A DNA stretch of 64,000 bases from assembly GCA_963695915.1 (NCBI GenBank), contig CAVOIO010000031.1, positions 1,760-65,759 of the forward strand, written 5' to 3'. Below the pieces are notes generated by a model. That model was not told the DNA's origin. It saw only the letters and a program-made list of their open reading frames with translations, and made no database searches. Below, in pieces: positions 43,413-52,393 of the stretch; position 1 is the first letter of the stretch; each line of letters starts with the position of its first letter. The translations under genes were made by a program, and so were the position numbers. Origin of the DNA: an uncultured beta proteobacterium (GTDB lineage Bacteria > Pseudomonadota > Gammaproteobacteria > Burkholderiales > JACQAP01).

Positions 43413-44891
43413 TCACCTGCCACCGGACGGCGGTTTCCAGGGATCGCGCACCTGCGGCACTGCTTCCATCAGGAGTTCGAGCGCGCGCCGCAGGGATTTC
43501 TCGCCGGCTTGCGCTCCCTTGTAGTGGCCAAGGCGCACGACCACCAGGTCGTGCGTCGGAATGATGATCGTGTACTGTCCGCCGGCGCCCGCCATGAAGT
43601 ACGCGTCCTCCGGCACCGGCCATCTCCCGGTGCGATTGAGCCAGAAGAACCCGCCGTACACCGGCTTCGACCATGCCGGTGCCGGCGTACGCACGAAGTC
43701 GGCCCACCCCTCGGGCAGCAGCCGTTCGCCGTTCCAGACGCCGTCCTGCAGATACAGCAGTCCCAGGCGCAACCAGTCGCGTCCCGATCCCAGGTCATAA
43801 CCCTGAAAAGCAAGGTTGCCATACGCGTCGGCCTCCACAACCATGTTGCGGATTCCGAGCCGGTCGAACAGATGCCGCTGCGGATACGAAAGATATTCCT
43901 GCTTGCGTGCGACGACTGCCTTCTTGATCAGATAGTTCACCACCAGCGGATCGGAGTTGCGGTAACGCCCGACAGTATTGGCCGGCCACTGCGGCGGGCG
44001 CGTGACCGCCCAGCGAACGGAATCGATCGCGCCGGTATAGATGTAGAGGTGATCGGGATAGCCGCGCGCGGGATCGTAGTCCGGGTCCTGCGGAGCGACG
44101 AAACGCAGCCCGCTCGACATCCGCAGCAGGTCGGCAATACGGATGGCGCGCCGTGGATCGTCCGGCCGCTGCCATTCGTCCACCGGTGCGGGCGCCCACA
44201 GGTCATAAACGCCTTCATGGATGAGCTGGCCCATGAGCGTCGCCGGCGATGCTTTTGCCCATCGACCAGCTCGGTAGCCTCGTGGTGTGGTCGAGGCCAC
44301 GCTGGTAGCGCTCGGCGATGATGCGTCCCTTGTACGCCACCACGAACGCCGCGGTGAGCGCTTCCAGCAGGATCGAAAGCGGCTTCGACACCCGACAGCC
44401 ACTTTCGCCGCATCGATTGCGCGCGGAAGCGGCGTATCGGGGAGCCGGTCTCCCATAGGCCACGGTTGCGTTGCCGGGTCGGGCAGCGACGACCCGATTT
44501 TCGCCGGGGTGAAAAACACCGAGTCCGCGCCGCGCGGCAGTGTGACGCATCCCTGGTCGGGAAGAAGCCTGGCGGTGCGCGTAACCCCGTTGGGCAATGT
44601 CAGGTGCACGGCGTGCGCCTTCTGATCCACGACCGTTTTCGTAACCAGGCGCCGCTCGGCACGAGGCGACACGAAGAACCCGTCTTCGTCGGCAGCCGTT
44701 GCGAGATCGCGGCCGGTGATGAACAGCGCCGAGCACAGAATCTTCGCGTAGCCCGCGGTCATGTGTTCTACGGGATCTCCGGGCGGCACCTCCCACGCGG
44801 TTGGGTACTCTTCCGGCGCGGTCCGCTGCTGCGCGCTGCACACGCCGACTGGCATCAGAAGCACGCCGAAAATCATCAGGCGTCGTAGCAT
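43413..44891 (-). CDS. Secreted serine hydrolase, beta-lactamase class C / aminohexanoate-dimer hydrolase family (frameshifted)
   Basis: SMGK (SxxK) in an alternative frame, LLRMSSGL, YRN, RDWLRLGLLYLQDG and AGAGGQ. Confidence 0.8.
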   Translation of the reverse strand: MLRRLMIFGVLLMPVGVCSAQQRTAPEEYPTAWEVPPGDPVEHMTAGYAKILCSALFITGRDLATAADEDGFFVSPRAERRLVTKTVVDQKAHAVHLTLPNGVTRTARLLPDQGCVTLPRGADSVFFTPAKIGSSLPDPATQPWPMGDRLPDTPLPRAIDAAKVAVGCRSRFRSCWKRSPRRSWWRTRDASSPSATSVASTTPRGYRAGRWAKASPATLMGQLIHEGVYDLWAPAPVDEWQRPDDPRRAIRIADLLRMSSGLRFVAPQDPDYDPARGYPDHLYIYTGAIDSVRWAVTRPPQWPANTVGRYRNSDPLVVNYLIKKAVVARKQEYLSYPQRHLFDRLGIRNMVVEADAYGNLAFQGYDLGSGRDWLRLGLLYLQDGVWNGERLLPEGWADFVRTPAPAWSKPVYGGFFWLNRTGRWPVPEDAYFMAGAGGQYTIIIPTHDLVVVRLGHYKGAQAGEKSLRRALELLMEAVPQVRDPWKPPSGGR

Positions 44892-44937
44892 TTCGCCTCC
44901 CGAATTCATTTCAACGCAGCCCCTCGGCGTTTCATGG

Positions 44938-45327
44938 CTAGAACATCGTATTGGAGTGTGCCGCCTTACCCGGGACAACTTGGAGCACATCCCAATGCTC
45001 GACAATCTTCCCGTTTGCATCGAGCCGGAAAATGTCGATGCCGGCCCAGTCGCGGTCCTCGAAAGTGGGCCACTCCTGATGGCAATGCAGCACCACGTAG
45101 TTTCCTTCCGCGATAACTCTCTTGAATGAAACCCGCTTGCCCGGATACTCCCTGGCCATTCGCTCGAAATAGGCGATGAAGGCATCCTTTCCATCCGCCA
45201 CTTCCGGATTGTGCTGGATGTACTCTTCGCCGGCATATTTCTCGATCGCCTCTCGCGGCCGGTTCTGATTGAACATCAGGTCGTAAAAGGCGGTTACCGT
45301 TTTCTTGTTCTGATCGAGCTGGTTCAT
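44938..45327 (-). CDS. SnoaL-like / NTF2-fold protein
   Basis: [17 protein letters not shown] and KIVEHWDV; may be an old distal cassette. Confidence 0.85.
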   Translation of the reverse strand: MNQLDQNKKTVTAFYDLMFNQNRPREAIEKYAGEEYIQHNPEVADGKDAFIAYFERMAREYPGKRVSFKRVIAEGNYVVLHCHQEWPTFEDRDWAGIDIFRLDANGKIVEHWDVLQVVPGKAAHSNTMF

Positions 45328-45370
45328 CGGCGACGCCCTCCGTGGAAGTAGAAAACGCTACTTGTTGGAC

Positions 45371-45440
45371 GCTTAAGGTTACGCAAAACGGCGCGTGCGA
45401 CGTCGCCGTGCGCGTCCGTGTTGCGCAGTGGGGGTTAGCT
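45371..45440 (-). other. attC site (degenerate, distal)
   Basis: Minus strand AGCTAAC..ACGGACGCGCACG..CGCACGCGCCGT..CTTAAGC. R' is mutated; R'' contains the stop of the upstream ORF. Confidence 0.65.
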
Positions 45441-46502
45441 TCCATGGCCGGTCCGGTTGCGAGTTCCCAAGACCCTGAACAACAGCTCCAAGGGGTAACT
45501 GGCGAGAATGAAGCAGGCAGTCATGCCAAACGCAACGGCACACCAGAGCCCCAGAACGTATACATAGACGATAGCAGGCGGGTGGCCTCCTCCTCCGGCG
45601 GACAGCGCAGCGAGCGCCGCAAGGACAATAGCCACCCCGCCGAACGAGATCAGGTGCCATCGCCACAAGCGCTTGCGCTTGCGCAAGACCTCTTCGGTCG
45701 CAGTTGCCCGGGCGAGCAACCATCCCCAGAAGAGCACACCGAGCAGGCTGGCGGCAACGATGAGTCCGGTGATGAACACCGGCAGGTTGTTTAACGCGGA
45801 ATAACGCGCCAGGAGCGGCGCCTCATACCAGAGTTCCGCGTCAGTCAACGGACGATCGACTTCGCGCGAGGTGATCTCCACGAAATGCAGCACATCTTCA
45901 TCCTTGAGCCGCTCGAATTTGACGATCGACCGGTTTGCGTTGAGCACCCAAAGGCGCTCGCGCCAGACGATCTTGACGTTCGCGCTGTTGGTGAGCGTTT
46001 CGGAGCGTTCGAATACGGTGTACTGCGGAGTCGAAAGCGCGCTGTTGGCCGCATATGACTGCAGGTAGCGGGCTCGTTCGGCTTCATCGCCAAGGCGACG
46101 AGGATCGGCAGAGAACAATTTGAACACGAACACGGGAAAGATCTGGCTGCGGTCCCGGTAGTGGCCAAAAAGGAACGGGTCGTCAAACGACAATTCCTGG
46201 TAACGCCTGCCATGCGGGAGGTAGCGGTAGTACTGCTTCGAATCCGACCAATTCACCAATATGGCGCCCTGCTCGCGCTTTTCGACATACTTGAAGCGGC
46301 CGTCGCGGCGCGCGCACCGTTCGAAGAGCTCCTCGGTATACCGTTGGCCGGGCTCGTCACGACGGCCCCACTTCCCGGCGTCGCAATAGCTGATTGCGCT
46401 GAAATAGCCCGCTGCGATGGACTCGATCGAGATTGGTTCTTCCCCCACGCCGGACAAAGGTACAAGGACTAAGGCCACGAGGACAAGACGATGCATCGGC
46501 AT
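45435..46502 (-). CDS. Cassette ORF: hypothetical protein with signal peptide and three C-terminal TM helices
   Basis: Intact 355-aa ORF exactly filling the space between two attC sites; its stop lies inside AGCTAAC. Confidence 0.75.
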   Translation of the reverse strand: MPMHRLVLVALVLVPLSGVGEEPISIESIAAGYFSAISYCDAGKWGRRDEPGQRYTEELFERCARRDGRFKYVEKREQGAILVNWSDSKQYYRYLPHGRRYQELSFDDPFLFGHYRDRSQIFPVFVFKLFSADPRRLGDEAERARYLQSYAANSALSTPQYTVFERSETLTNSANVKIVWRERLWVLNANRSIVKFERLKDEDVLHFVEITSREVDRPLTDAELWYEAPLLARYSALNNLPVFITGLIVAASLLGVLFWGWLLARATATEEVLRKRKRLWRWHLISFGGVAIVLAALAALSAGGGGHPPAIVYVYVLGLWCAVAFGMTACFILASYPLELLFRVLGTRNRTGHGS

Positions 46503-46515
46503 GGATGCTCGGGAA

Positions 46516-46576
46516 AGCTAACGCTGGCGCTCAGCCGCGCCGCGCTAGCGGTGTCGGCAGGAGCGAATTGTTGGTC
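46516..46576 (-). other. attC site
   Basis: Minus strand GACCAAC...imperfect palindrome...GTTAGCT, 61 bp. Confidence 0.85.
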
Positions 46577-47028
46577 TATCGACTGGTTTCAGAATCATAT
46601 TTCGACTTTTTCGACTGATAGACGCCTTGTTCCGGGCCATGAGAAACGATGAAGCATTGGTACCAGGTTTTTCTCAATAGAAACGTCCTGCCTTTGTTGG
46701 TTACCAGAAAGGCAGCCCAAAGCCGGTTGTTGGCAGCAACATGAAGTTCGCTGATCAACGTTGTACTAATTTCTCCATCCAAAATACTCTTGATCTCTGA
46801 GCTAACTGTATCTTTGTCTCCACGATTTAGCGAATAGACCAAATGAACTTCCTTTACGGCATCGTCCTTGAAAAGATCCTGGAGTGAGGTGCCGCTCCAT
46901 CCACTGCTCGTCTTGAGGTTGATATCGTCCTGATGGATGATGATCTCGGACTCCGAGATTGCAATTGCCCATTGAGGGCAGAATAGAACTGAAATCAGAA
47001 CGACCAAATTGAGTAAATGTTTCATCAT
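46576..47028 (-). CDS. Cassette ORF: low-GC secreted hypothetical protein
   Basis: Signal peptide MMKHLLNLVVLISVLFCPQWAIA; visibly AT-rich; bounded by attC sites. Confidence 0.75.
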   Translation of the reverse strand: MMKHLLNLVVLISVLFCPQWAIAISESEIIIHQDDINLKTSSGWSGTSLQDLFKDDAVKEVHLVYSLNRGDKDTVSSEIKSILDGEISTTLISELHVAANNRLWAAFLVTNKGRTFLLRKTWYQCFIVSHGPEQGVYQSKKSKYDSETSR

Positions 47029-47034
47029 TTTCCG

Positions 47035-47113
47035 GGCCAACGCCGACCATCAGGGGCCGACGAAAGCAAGCGAGGCGCCGCTTTCGTCGGTCCCCTGCAT
47101 GGTCTTGTTGGGC
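47035..47113 (-). other. attC site
   Basis: Minus strand GCCCAAC..CAGGGGACCGACGAAAGC..GCTTTCGTCGGCCCCTG..GTTGGCC, 79 bp. Confidence 0.9.
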
Positions 47114-47123
47114 GTCATTTCGT

Positions 47124-48116
47124 TTATCGGATCACCTCGTTGGCCCGCAGTAGGATTGACTCTGGGATCGTGATACCGAGCGCCTTGGCGGTCTTGAGGT
47201 TAACGACGAGCACGTGCTGCATCGGCTGCTCGATGGGCAGATCTCCGGGCCTGGCCCCCCTGAGGATCTTGTCCACATAGTCGGCTGCCCGACGGAACAT
47301 CACAGCAAAATCTGGCCCGTACGTGATGAGGCCGCCAGCCTCGACGTAATCGCGCGAAGGGTAGATCGCCGGGAGACGTTGCCGGGCGGCGAGCGCCGTG
47401 ACTTGCCCTCGATGTGAAAAGAATACGGGATCGGGAAGCACTAGTACCGCCTGAGCCTTTCGCCCCGCCTGCTCGAAGGCGCGGTCGAGCGCTGCGGGTT
47501 CGCGCACCTCGATGAGACGGAGCTTCAGGCCCTGCGCGGGGGCAATGGCCTTAAGCTCTTTCGCCAGGTCTCTGTCTATCGCGGTGGTTGGGTTCGCGAT
47601 AACGGCGAGGGTTGAAAGCCGCGGGACCATGTCCTTTAGCAGTTCCACCCACTTGCTCGCCAGCCCTTGAGCAAGCCCTACCGAAAGCCCGGTCAGGTTG
47701 CCCCCGGGCCGGGCCAAGCTGGCCACGAGCCCACTGCCGACCGGGTCTCCCATCACTGCGGCGACAATTGGGATTGTGCTGGTCGCATTCTTAGCTGCGA
47801 TCGCTGCTGACGTGCTCCAAGTGACAAGCACGTCGACATCGCGCTCAACCACCTCGTTCATAAGCCCGGGCAGCCGCTCGGGCCGGCCCTCGGCAGAGCG
47901 CGCCTCCACGATGAGGTTCTGACCGTCGACGTAGCCCAGTTCGCGCATGCGTTCCCAGAACGCACTAAGGCCACGCGGGCCGGTGGAGGCCGATTGCGGG
48001 TCGACGAAACCCACTCGCACGACCTTCTGCACTGGCTCTACGGCTCGCGAGGGTTGGGTCCCTAGCGCTGCCACAGTCAGACCAGCGAGGAGGAGCAAAA
48101 GACCGCGCCGTTTCAC
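47124..48116 (-). CDS. Cassette ORF: orphan ABC transporter substrate-binding protein (putative Trp/Tyr-type family), paralog 1
   Basis: GYVDGQN, DPVGSGLVASLARPGGNLTG, GGLITYGPD, YVDKILRGARPGDLPIEQP and NLKTAKALGITIP..LLRANEVIR. Confidence 0.88.
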   Translation of the reverse strand: MKRRGLLLLLAGLTVAALGTQPSRAVEPVQKVVRVGFVDPQSASTGPRGLSAFWERMRELGYVDGQNLIVEARSAEGRPERLPGLMNEVVERDVDVLVTWSTSAAIAAKNATSTIPIVAAVMGDPVGSGLVASLARPGGNLTGLSVGLAQGLASKWVELLKDMVPRLSTLAVIANPTTAIDRDLAKELKAIAPAQGLKLRLIEVREPAALDRAFEQAGRKAQAVLVLPDPVFFSHRGQVTALAARQRLPAIYPSRDYVEAGGLITYGPDFAVMFRRAADYVDKILRGARPGDLPIEQPMQHVLVVNLKTAKALGITIPESILLRANEVIR

Positions 48117-48179
48117 GCGATCACCTGATCCGCACGAAGCACGCGCGCATGACTCGGTTCCACTTTGCTCCCTGATAAC

Positions 48180-48276
48180 GCCCAACGCAGAGCTAACCGG
48201 GCGCCGACGCGCGGCACGCACGGCGGGAACCCAACGGCGACGCCGTTGGGCGCTCGGGTTGAGCGCCGGGTTGGGC
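48180..48276 (-). other. attC site
   Basis: GCCCAAC...GTTGGGC, 97 bp, with an internal CCCAACGGCG-A-CGCCGTTGGG hairpin. Confidence 0.85.
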
Positions 48277-48545
48277 TGTGATTGAAGGCATTGACGCTAG
48301 CATACCGCGACCTTTATGAGACAACATCGCCTGCAGGAAACCACCACTGCTCGCATGACCACGAACCCACGGCTTGCGTCACGCGAATCGTGATCGCAGG
48401 CGCGAGCTTACGCGTACCGACCCTGCGACAAGATCAGTGCCGCTCGCTACGTGACGCAAACGGATCCGGCGCTTGCACACGGAAGCCAGTTCGGTAGGCG
48501 AGCATCTGCGAATTCGACGAACGATTCCAGATTCACCCGAGAGCA
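48277..48545. other. Apparently gene-less integron cassette
   Basis: About 270 bp between two attC sites with no convincing ORF; its core sites are complementary (GTTGGGCTG / CAGCCCAAC). Confidence 0.6.
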
Positions 48546-48634
48546 GCCCAACGTGTTGTTCAGCCGCGCCGGCCACAAATCTTACAGAAAACTCTGCGGC
48601 GCTTCACAGCGTCGGCTGGAACAACGGGTTAGGC
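48546..48634 (-). other. attC site
   Basis: Plus strand GCCCAACGTGTTGTTCAGCCG...CGGCTGGAACAACGGGTTAGGC, 89 bp. Confidence 0.88.
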
Positions 48635-48640
48635 TGCTGG

Positions 48641-49552
48641 TGGGTACGGTCCAGACACATCGGTAACAGAATAGTCCGGGGACATAGGTAACAGTTTATC
48701 CATACTGCGGGCACCGAACGAGGTGCCCATGCCTTGGAGTGAAACTACACCTATGGACCAGAAGACGCAGTTCATTGCCGATTACCTCCGTCAAAGCCTG
48801 TCGATGAGTGAGCTGTGCGAGCTCTACCGCATCAGCCGCAAAAAAAACCGGCTACAAGCTGGTGGATCGCTACCTCAGGCACGGGCCTTCGGGGTTGGAG
48901 GAGCGCTCGCGAAGACCATCGAGCAGTCCCAATCACACACCCGAACACATCGTCGAGGCCATTGTCGCGCTACGCCAACGGCATCCGTCCTGGGGCGCGA
49001 AGAAGCTGCTGCCGATCCTCGAGGGGCGTCACCCGAACTGGGAGCTGCCCGGGCGCAGCACGGTGTGCGACATCTTGAGCCGCCAGGGGTTGGTGCTCAG
49101 GAAACGCAACCGGCGCCACATCGGCCACCCGGGCAAGCCCACCAGCCAGATCCTTGGCCCCAATGATTGCTGGAGCGCGGACTTCAAGAGCCAGTTCAAA
49201 ACCGGCAATGGCCTCTACTGTTATCCGCTCACCGTGACCGATGGCTTCAGCCGCTATCTGCTCGGCTGCCAAGGGCTGGCATCGACCAGCGTGGCAGAAT
49301 CTAAACCCGTGTTCACGCGCCTGTTTCGCGAGTACGGTCTGCCCAAGCGCGTCCGCACCGACAACGGGGTGCCCTTCGCGACCAATACGCTCGCGAGGCT
49401 CTCGCAGCTCTCCGGCCTGGTGGGTGCGTCTAGGGGTGCTGCCCGAGTTGATTGAGCCGGGCAAGCCGCAACAGAACGGGCGCCACGAGCGCATGCACCG
49501 CACGCTCAAAGCCGAGACCACGCGCCCGCCGGCTAACAGCTGCCGCGGCCAG
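48641..49552 (+). mobile_element. Truncated IS481-family element (transposase from 48729, frameshifted, 3' part missing)
   Basis: MPWSETTPMDQK, HPSWGAKKL, WSADFK, RTDNGVPF and PQQNGRHERMHRTLK (DDE). The left end has tandem ACATCGGTAACAG / ACATAGGTAACAG repeats. Confidence 0.85.
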
Positions 49553-49589
49553 CGCTGCCAGGCACGCACGGCTGGCCAGCGTGGCGTCG

Positions 49590-51131
49590 TCACCGACCCA
49601 TCTCCTTCCACAGTCGGGGTTCGATCGATGCGGCTGCCAAGAATCCGCCCATGAATGCGCCCTGAATTCCCGGGCTGACGACGTCCTGCCCGGCGAGCAG
49701 CAACCCGAGCACCGGCGTGCGGACCTTGAGTGAGCTGTGGCTCATGCGCTCAGCTGACATCTCAAGCCCGTACATTGCACCCCGATCGGCCACGACGAAT
49801 GACGCCTGCGATAGAGGGGTCGAGAGTTCATGGAAATCGATCATTGGCGCGAGCTGCGGAAAGTGGCGCTTGAATTGCGCAAGCAGGCTTTCGGCGATCC
49901 AGGCTTTGGTTGCCTCGTACTCCTCGGGCCGATCTCCCGGCGCACCACGTGTCCACGCCGAGAACGGTTCCCAACGACAGATCGCTATGACCTCGGCGGT
50001 ATGGTGTTCAGGGTCTCGATGAGCGGCGTCCTTGAGCGAAGGGAATGACACGAACATCGCCGGCGCGTCTTCGTCCGCGGGGCGCTCCCACACCCGGCCA
50101 ACGTCGTCGCTCTCGTATATCCAAACGTTCGCTGCCGTGGCTCCACGCTGGCGAATATCACCGCGGAACCCCAAATATAGACTCACGTATGAGAGGCCCG
50201 ACTTGAGCGACTCGACTGCGTCACGCCATTCCGGCGCAACGCCTTCAGGAAGCGCTGCGGCCGTGTTGTGCGCGCCCATGGCCGAAAAAACTATGGGCGC
50301 GTCGATCGACTCGCCGTTTGCCATGCGTACGCCGGTCACTCGGCCAAGTGCGACGCGGATCTCCGCAACCGTGGAACGAGTACGCAATTCGCCACCAGCG
50401 CCGATAATGGTTTCTCCCAGGGCCTGGGCAAACTTCGCCGGGCCGCCGAGGGGGTAGTAGGCGCCGGCAAAGTAGCTGCCCGTTACGAGGGCATGTATCG
50501 CGAATGGTGACTGCGCTGGCACCATTCCGTAATCGCCCCAACGCGCAGTGAGCAGCGCTGCCAGGCGTTTATCGCCAATATCACGCACCACTTCGGCAGT
50601 CGTAGTGCCAAGGGCCCGGCGCACGTGTCGCGCGTTGAACCAGCGCATGGGCACCGCGAGAAGGGCGGGAAGCGCTTTGGCTGCGAATAGCGCCCGGCTC
50701 GCTTTTCGCGCCTCGTCCAAGGCCGTGAAATACCTTTCGATGGCTGCGACCTCGTTGGGGAAAGTGGCCTTCAGCCGCGCGATGTATGCCGCTCGCGGTG
50801 CCTCGATCGGGAACTCGAACCCGGGGAGTCGCACGATGTCGTAGGGCGACCCCAGGGACGCGAAGCGTAATCGGCCGTCTGTTAGCCAACGCAGCATGCG
50901 ACCGAACTGGTCCTCGGATCCCGGCGTCTCGCCAAGGCCCCCGATGTAATGCACTCCGGTCGCAAATGTGTATTCACCGCGGATGAAAGTCTGTGTGAGG
51001 CCGCCGAGCTGGAGATGCTGTTCGAGCACGAGAACGCGCCGACCGCGCTTCGCCAACGCCGCCGCAGCCGTAAGTCCACCGATTCCCGAACCGATGACAA
51101 TCGCGTCGCATCTGCGCTCGTTGAAACTCAT
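49590..51131 (-). CDS. Cassette ORF: FAD-dependent oxidoreductase, phytoene dehydrogenase / retinol saturase family
   Basis: IGSGIGGLTAAA Rossmann motif, FATGVHYIG, YYPLGG, STPLS..F, GAMYGL and LLLAGQD. Confidence 0.85.
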   Translation of the reverse strand: MSFNERRCDAIVIGSGIGGLTAAAALAKRGRRVLVLEQHLQLGGLTQTFIRGEYTFATGVHYIGGLGETPGSEDQFGRMLRWLTDGRLRFASLGSPYDIVRLPGFEFPIEAPRAAYIARLKATFPNEVAAIERYFTALDEARKASRALFAAKALPALLAVPMRWFNARHVRRALGTTTAEVVRDIGDKRLAALLTARWGDYGMVPAQSPFAIHALVTGSYFAGAYYPLGGPAKFAQALGETIIGAGGELRTRSTVAEIRVALGRVTGVRMANGESIDAPIVFSAMGAHNTAAALPEGVAPEWRDAVESLKSGLSYVSLYLGFRGDIRQRGATAANVWIYESDDVGRVWERPADEDAPAMFVSFPSLKDAAHRDPEHHTAEVIAICRWEPFSAWTRGAPGDRPEEYEATKAWIAESLLAQFKRHFPQLAPMIDFHELSTPLSQASFVVADRGAMYGLEMSAERMSHSSLKVRTPVLGLLLAGQDVVSPGIQGAFMGGFLAAASIEPRLWKEMGR

Positions 51132-51158
51132 GCTCTTTCGCCTACTGGGTTTTCACCC

Positions 51159-51237
51159 GCCCAACAATACGCATCACTGGCCGGAGCCGGCGGGCGAAGC
51201 CCGCTGGTGACGGTCCGAGTGCAGGCGCGGGTTGGGC
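51159..51237 (-). other. attC site
   Basis: GCCCAAC...GCGGGCGAAGCCCGC central hairpin...GTTGGGC, 79 bp. Confidence 0.85.
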
Positions 51238-51294
51238 GGCACTCTCGCTACTCCTTCTCCGGCCGGGCCCAGAGGGCGCGCGAGCCCGTGCGGT

Positions 51295-52269
51295 TCATCG
51301 GACTACCTCGTCGGCGCGGAGCAGTATCGATTGAGGGATTGTCAGCCCAAGCGCCTTAGCGGTCTTAAGATTGACGACCAGCCTGAACTTTGAGGCTTGC
51401 TCCACTGGCAGATCGCTGACCTTTGCACCCTTGAGCAATCGATCGATATAGTAGGCGGAGCGGCCAAACATTTCGGCTAGAGATGGTCCATAGGACATGA
51501 GGCCCCCGGCCTTGACCGGGATCTCCTCTTGATACATGGTCGGCATCTTCCTCTCGAGAGCCAGGGATGCGATCTGAACACGCTGCTGTGTGAACATCGG
51601 GGAAAACAGGAGGACCACAGCTTGTGCCCCTTGCTTCCTCGCCGCACTGAATGCGGCCGCGTAGTCATAGGAACCGCGCAGCTCAATGCGCTCCAGGTCC
51701 AGTCCCAGGGCGCGGGTGCTTGGCTCTACCGCTGCGAGTTGCCGGGCGCTGGCCGAGTCCCAGAAGACCGCCACCCGCGAAGCGTTGGGCAAGGCTTCCC
51801 TTAGCAACTCTAGGCGTTTGCCAACGAGCTCGGACGTGCGGGAGAAGACTCCAGTCACGTTGCCGCTTGGGCGGCTGAAGCTGTCTATCAACCCGGATGC
51901 TACGGGGTCGTGGTCGAAAGATATGATGATGATCGGAAGCGTGCTGCTCGCTTGCCTCGCGGCTCGTGCCGTGGGCTCTCCACCCACCACAATAACGTCT
52001 GCCCCGAGGTCCACGAGTTCTCTCGCAAGGGCAGGCAGCCGATCCATGTGGTTCTGCGCGGCCCGGCGCTCGATCCTGATGTTGCTCCCGTCAACGTAGC
52101 CGAACTCGCGGAGTCCTTCACGGATTGCCGGAAGAACCGGATCCTCTGGTAGCGCTATGACCATCAGGACGCCCACGACTGGAACCTTGGCGCGTTCCTG
52201 CGCAGCGACGGGAAGGGACAAGGTCATGAAGCACAAGACGGCCGTTCCGAGGCAGCAGCGCGTTTTCAT
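51295..52269 (-). CDS. Cassette ORF: orphan ABC transporter substrate-binding protein, paralog 2
   Basis: GYVDGSN, DPVASGLIDSFSRPSGNVTG, GGLMSYGP, DLPVEQ and NLKTAKALGLTIPQSILLRADEVVR. Confidence 0.88.
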   Translation of the reverse strand: MKTRCCLGTAVLCFMTLSLPVAAQERAKVPVVGVLMVIALPEDPVLPAIREGLREFGYVDGSNIRIERRAAQNHMDRLPALARELVDLGADVIVVGGEPTARAARQASSTLPIIIISFDHDPVASGLIDSFSRPSGNVTGVFSRTSELVGKRLELLREALPNASRVAVFWDSASARQLAAVEPSTRALGLDLERIELRGSYDYAAAFSAARKQGAQAVVLLFSPMFTQQRVQIASLALERKMPTMYQEEIPVKAGGLMSYGPSLAEMFGRSAYYIDRLLKGAKVSDLPVEQASKFRLVVNLKTAKALGLTIPQSILLRADEVVR

Positions 52270-52334
52270 CGGATCACCTTGCACCGCCAACTATCACGGA
52301 CTTGTCCATACTCCTTGCCTGTCTCCTATGTGAC

Positions 52335-52393
52335 GCCCAACGCCTGAATTCAGCGGCGCGCTTCAGCGCGTCCGCTGGAATGAGAGGTTAGCC
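52335..52393 (-). other. attC site
   Basis: Minus strand GGCTAAC..CAGCGGACGCGCTGAAGCGCGCCGCTG..GTTGGGC, 59 bp. Confidence 0.9.

Noticed and set aside
52319-52331. Right end of the IS481 element (CTGTCTCCTATGT), implying a composite transposon
   Set aside because: It is only an 11/13 match to one sub-repeat with no terminal ACA context, so it may be chance.
45371-52393. CRISPR array
   Set aside because: The repeats are non-identical palindromes separated by gene-sized spacers, which fits attC sites. There are no cas genes.
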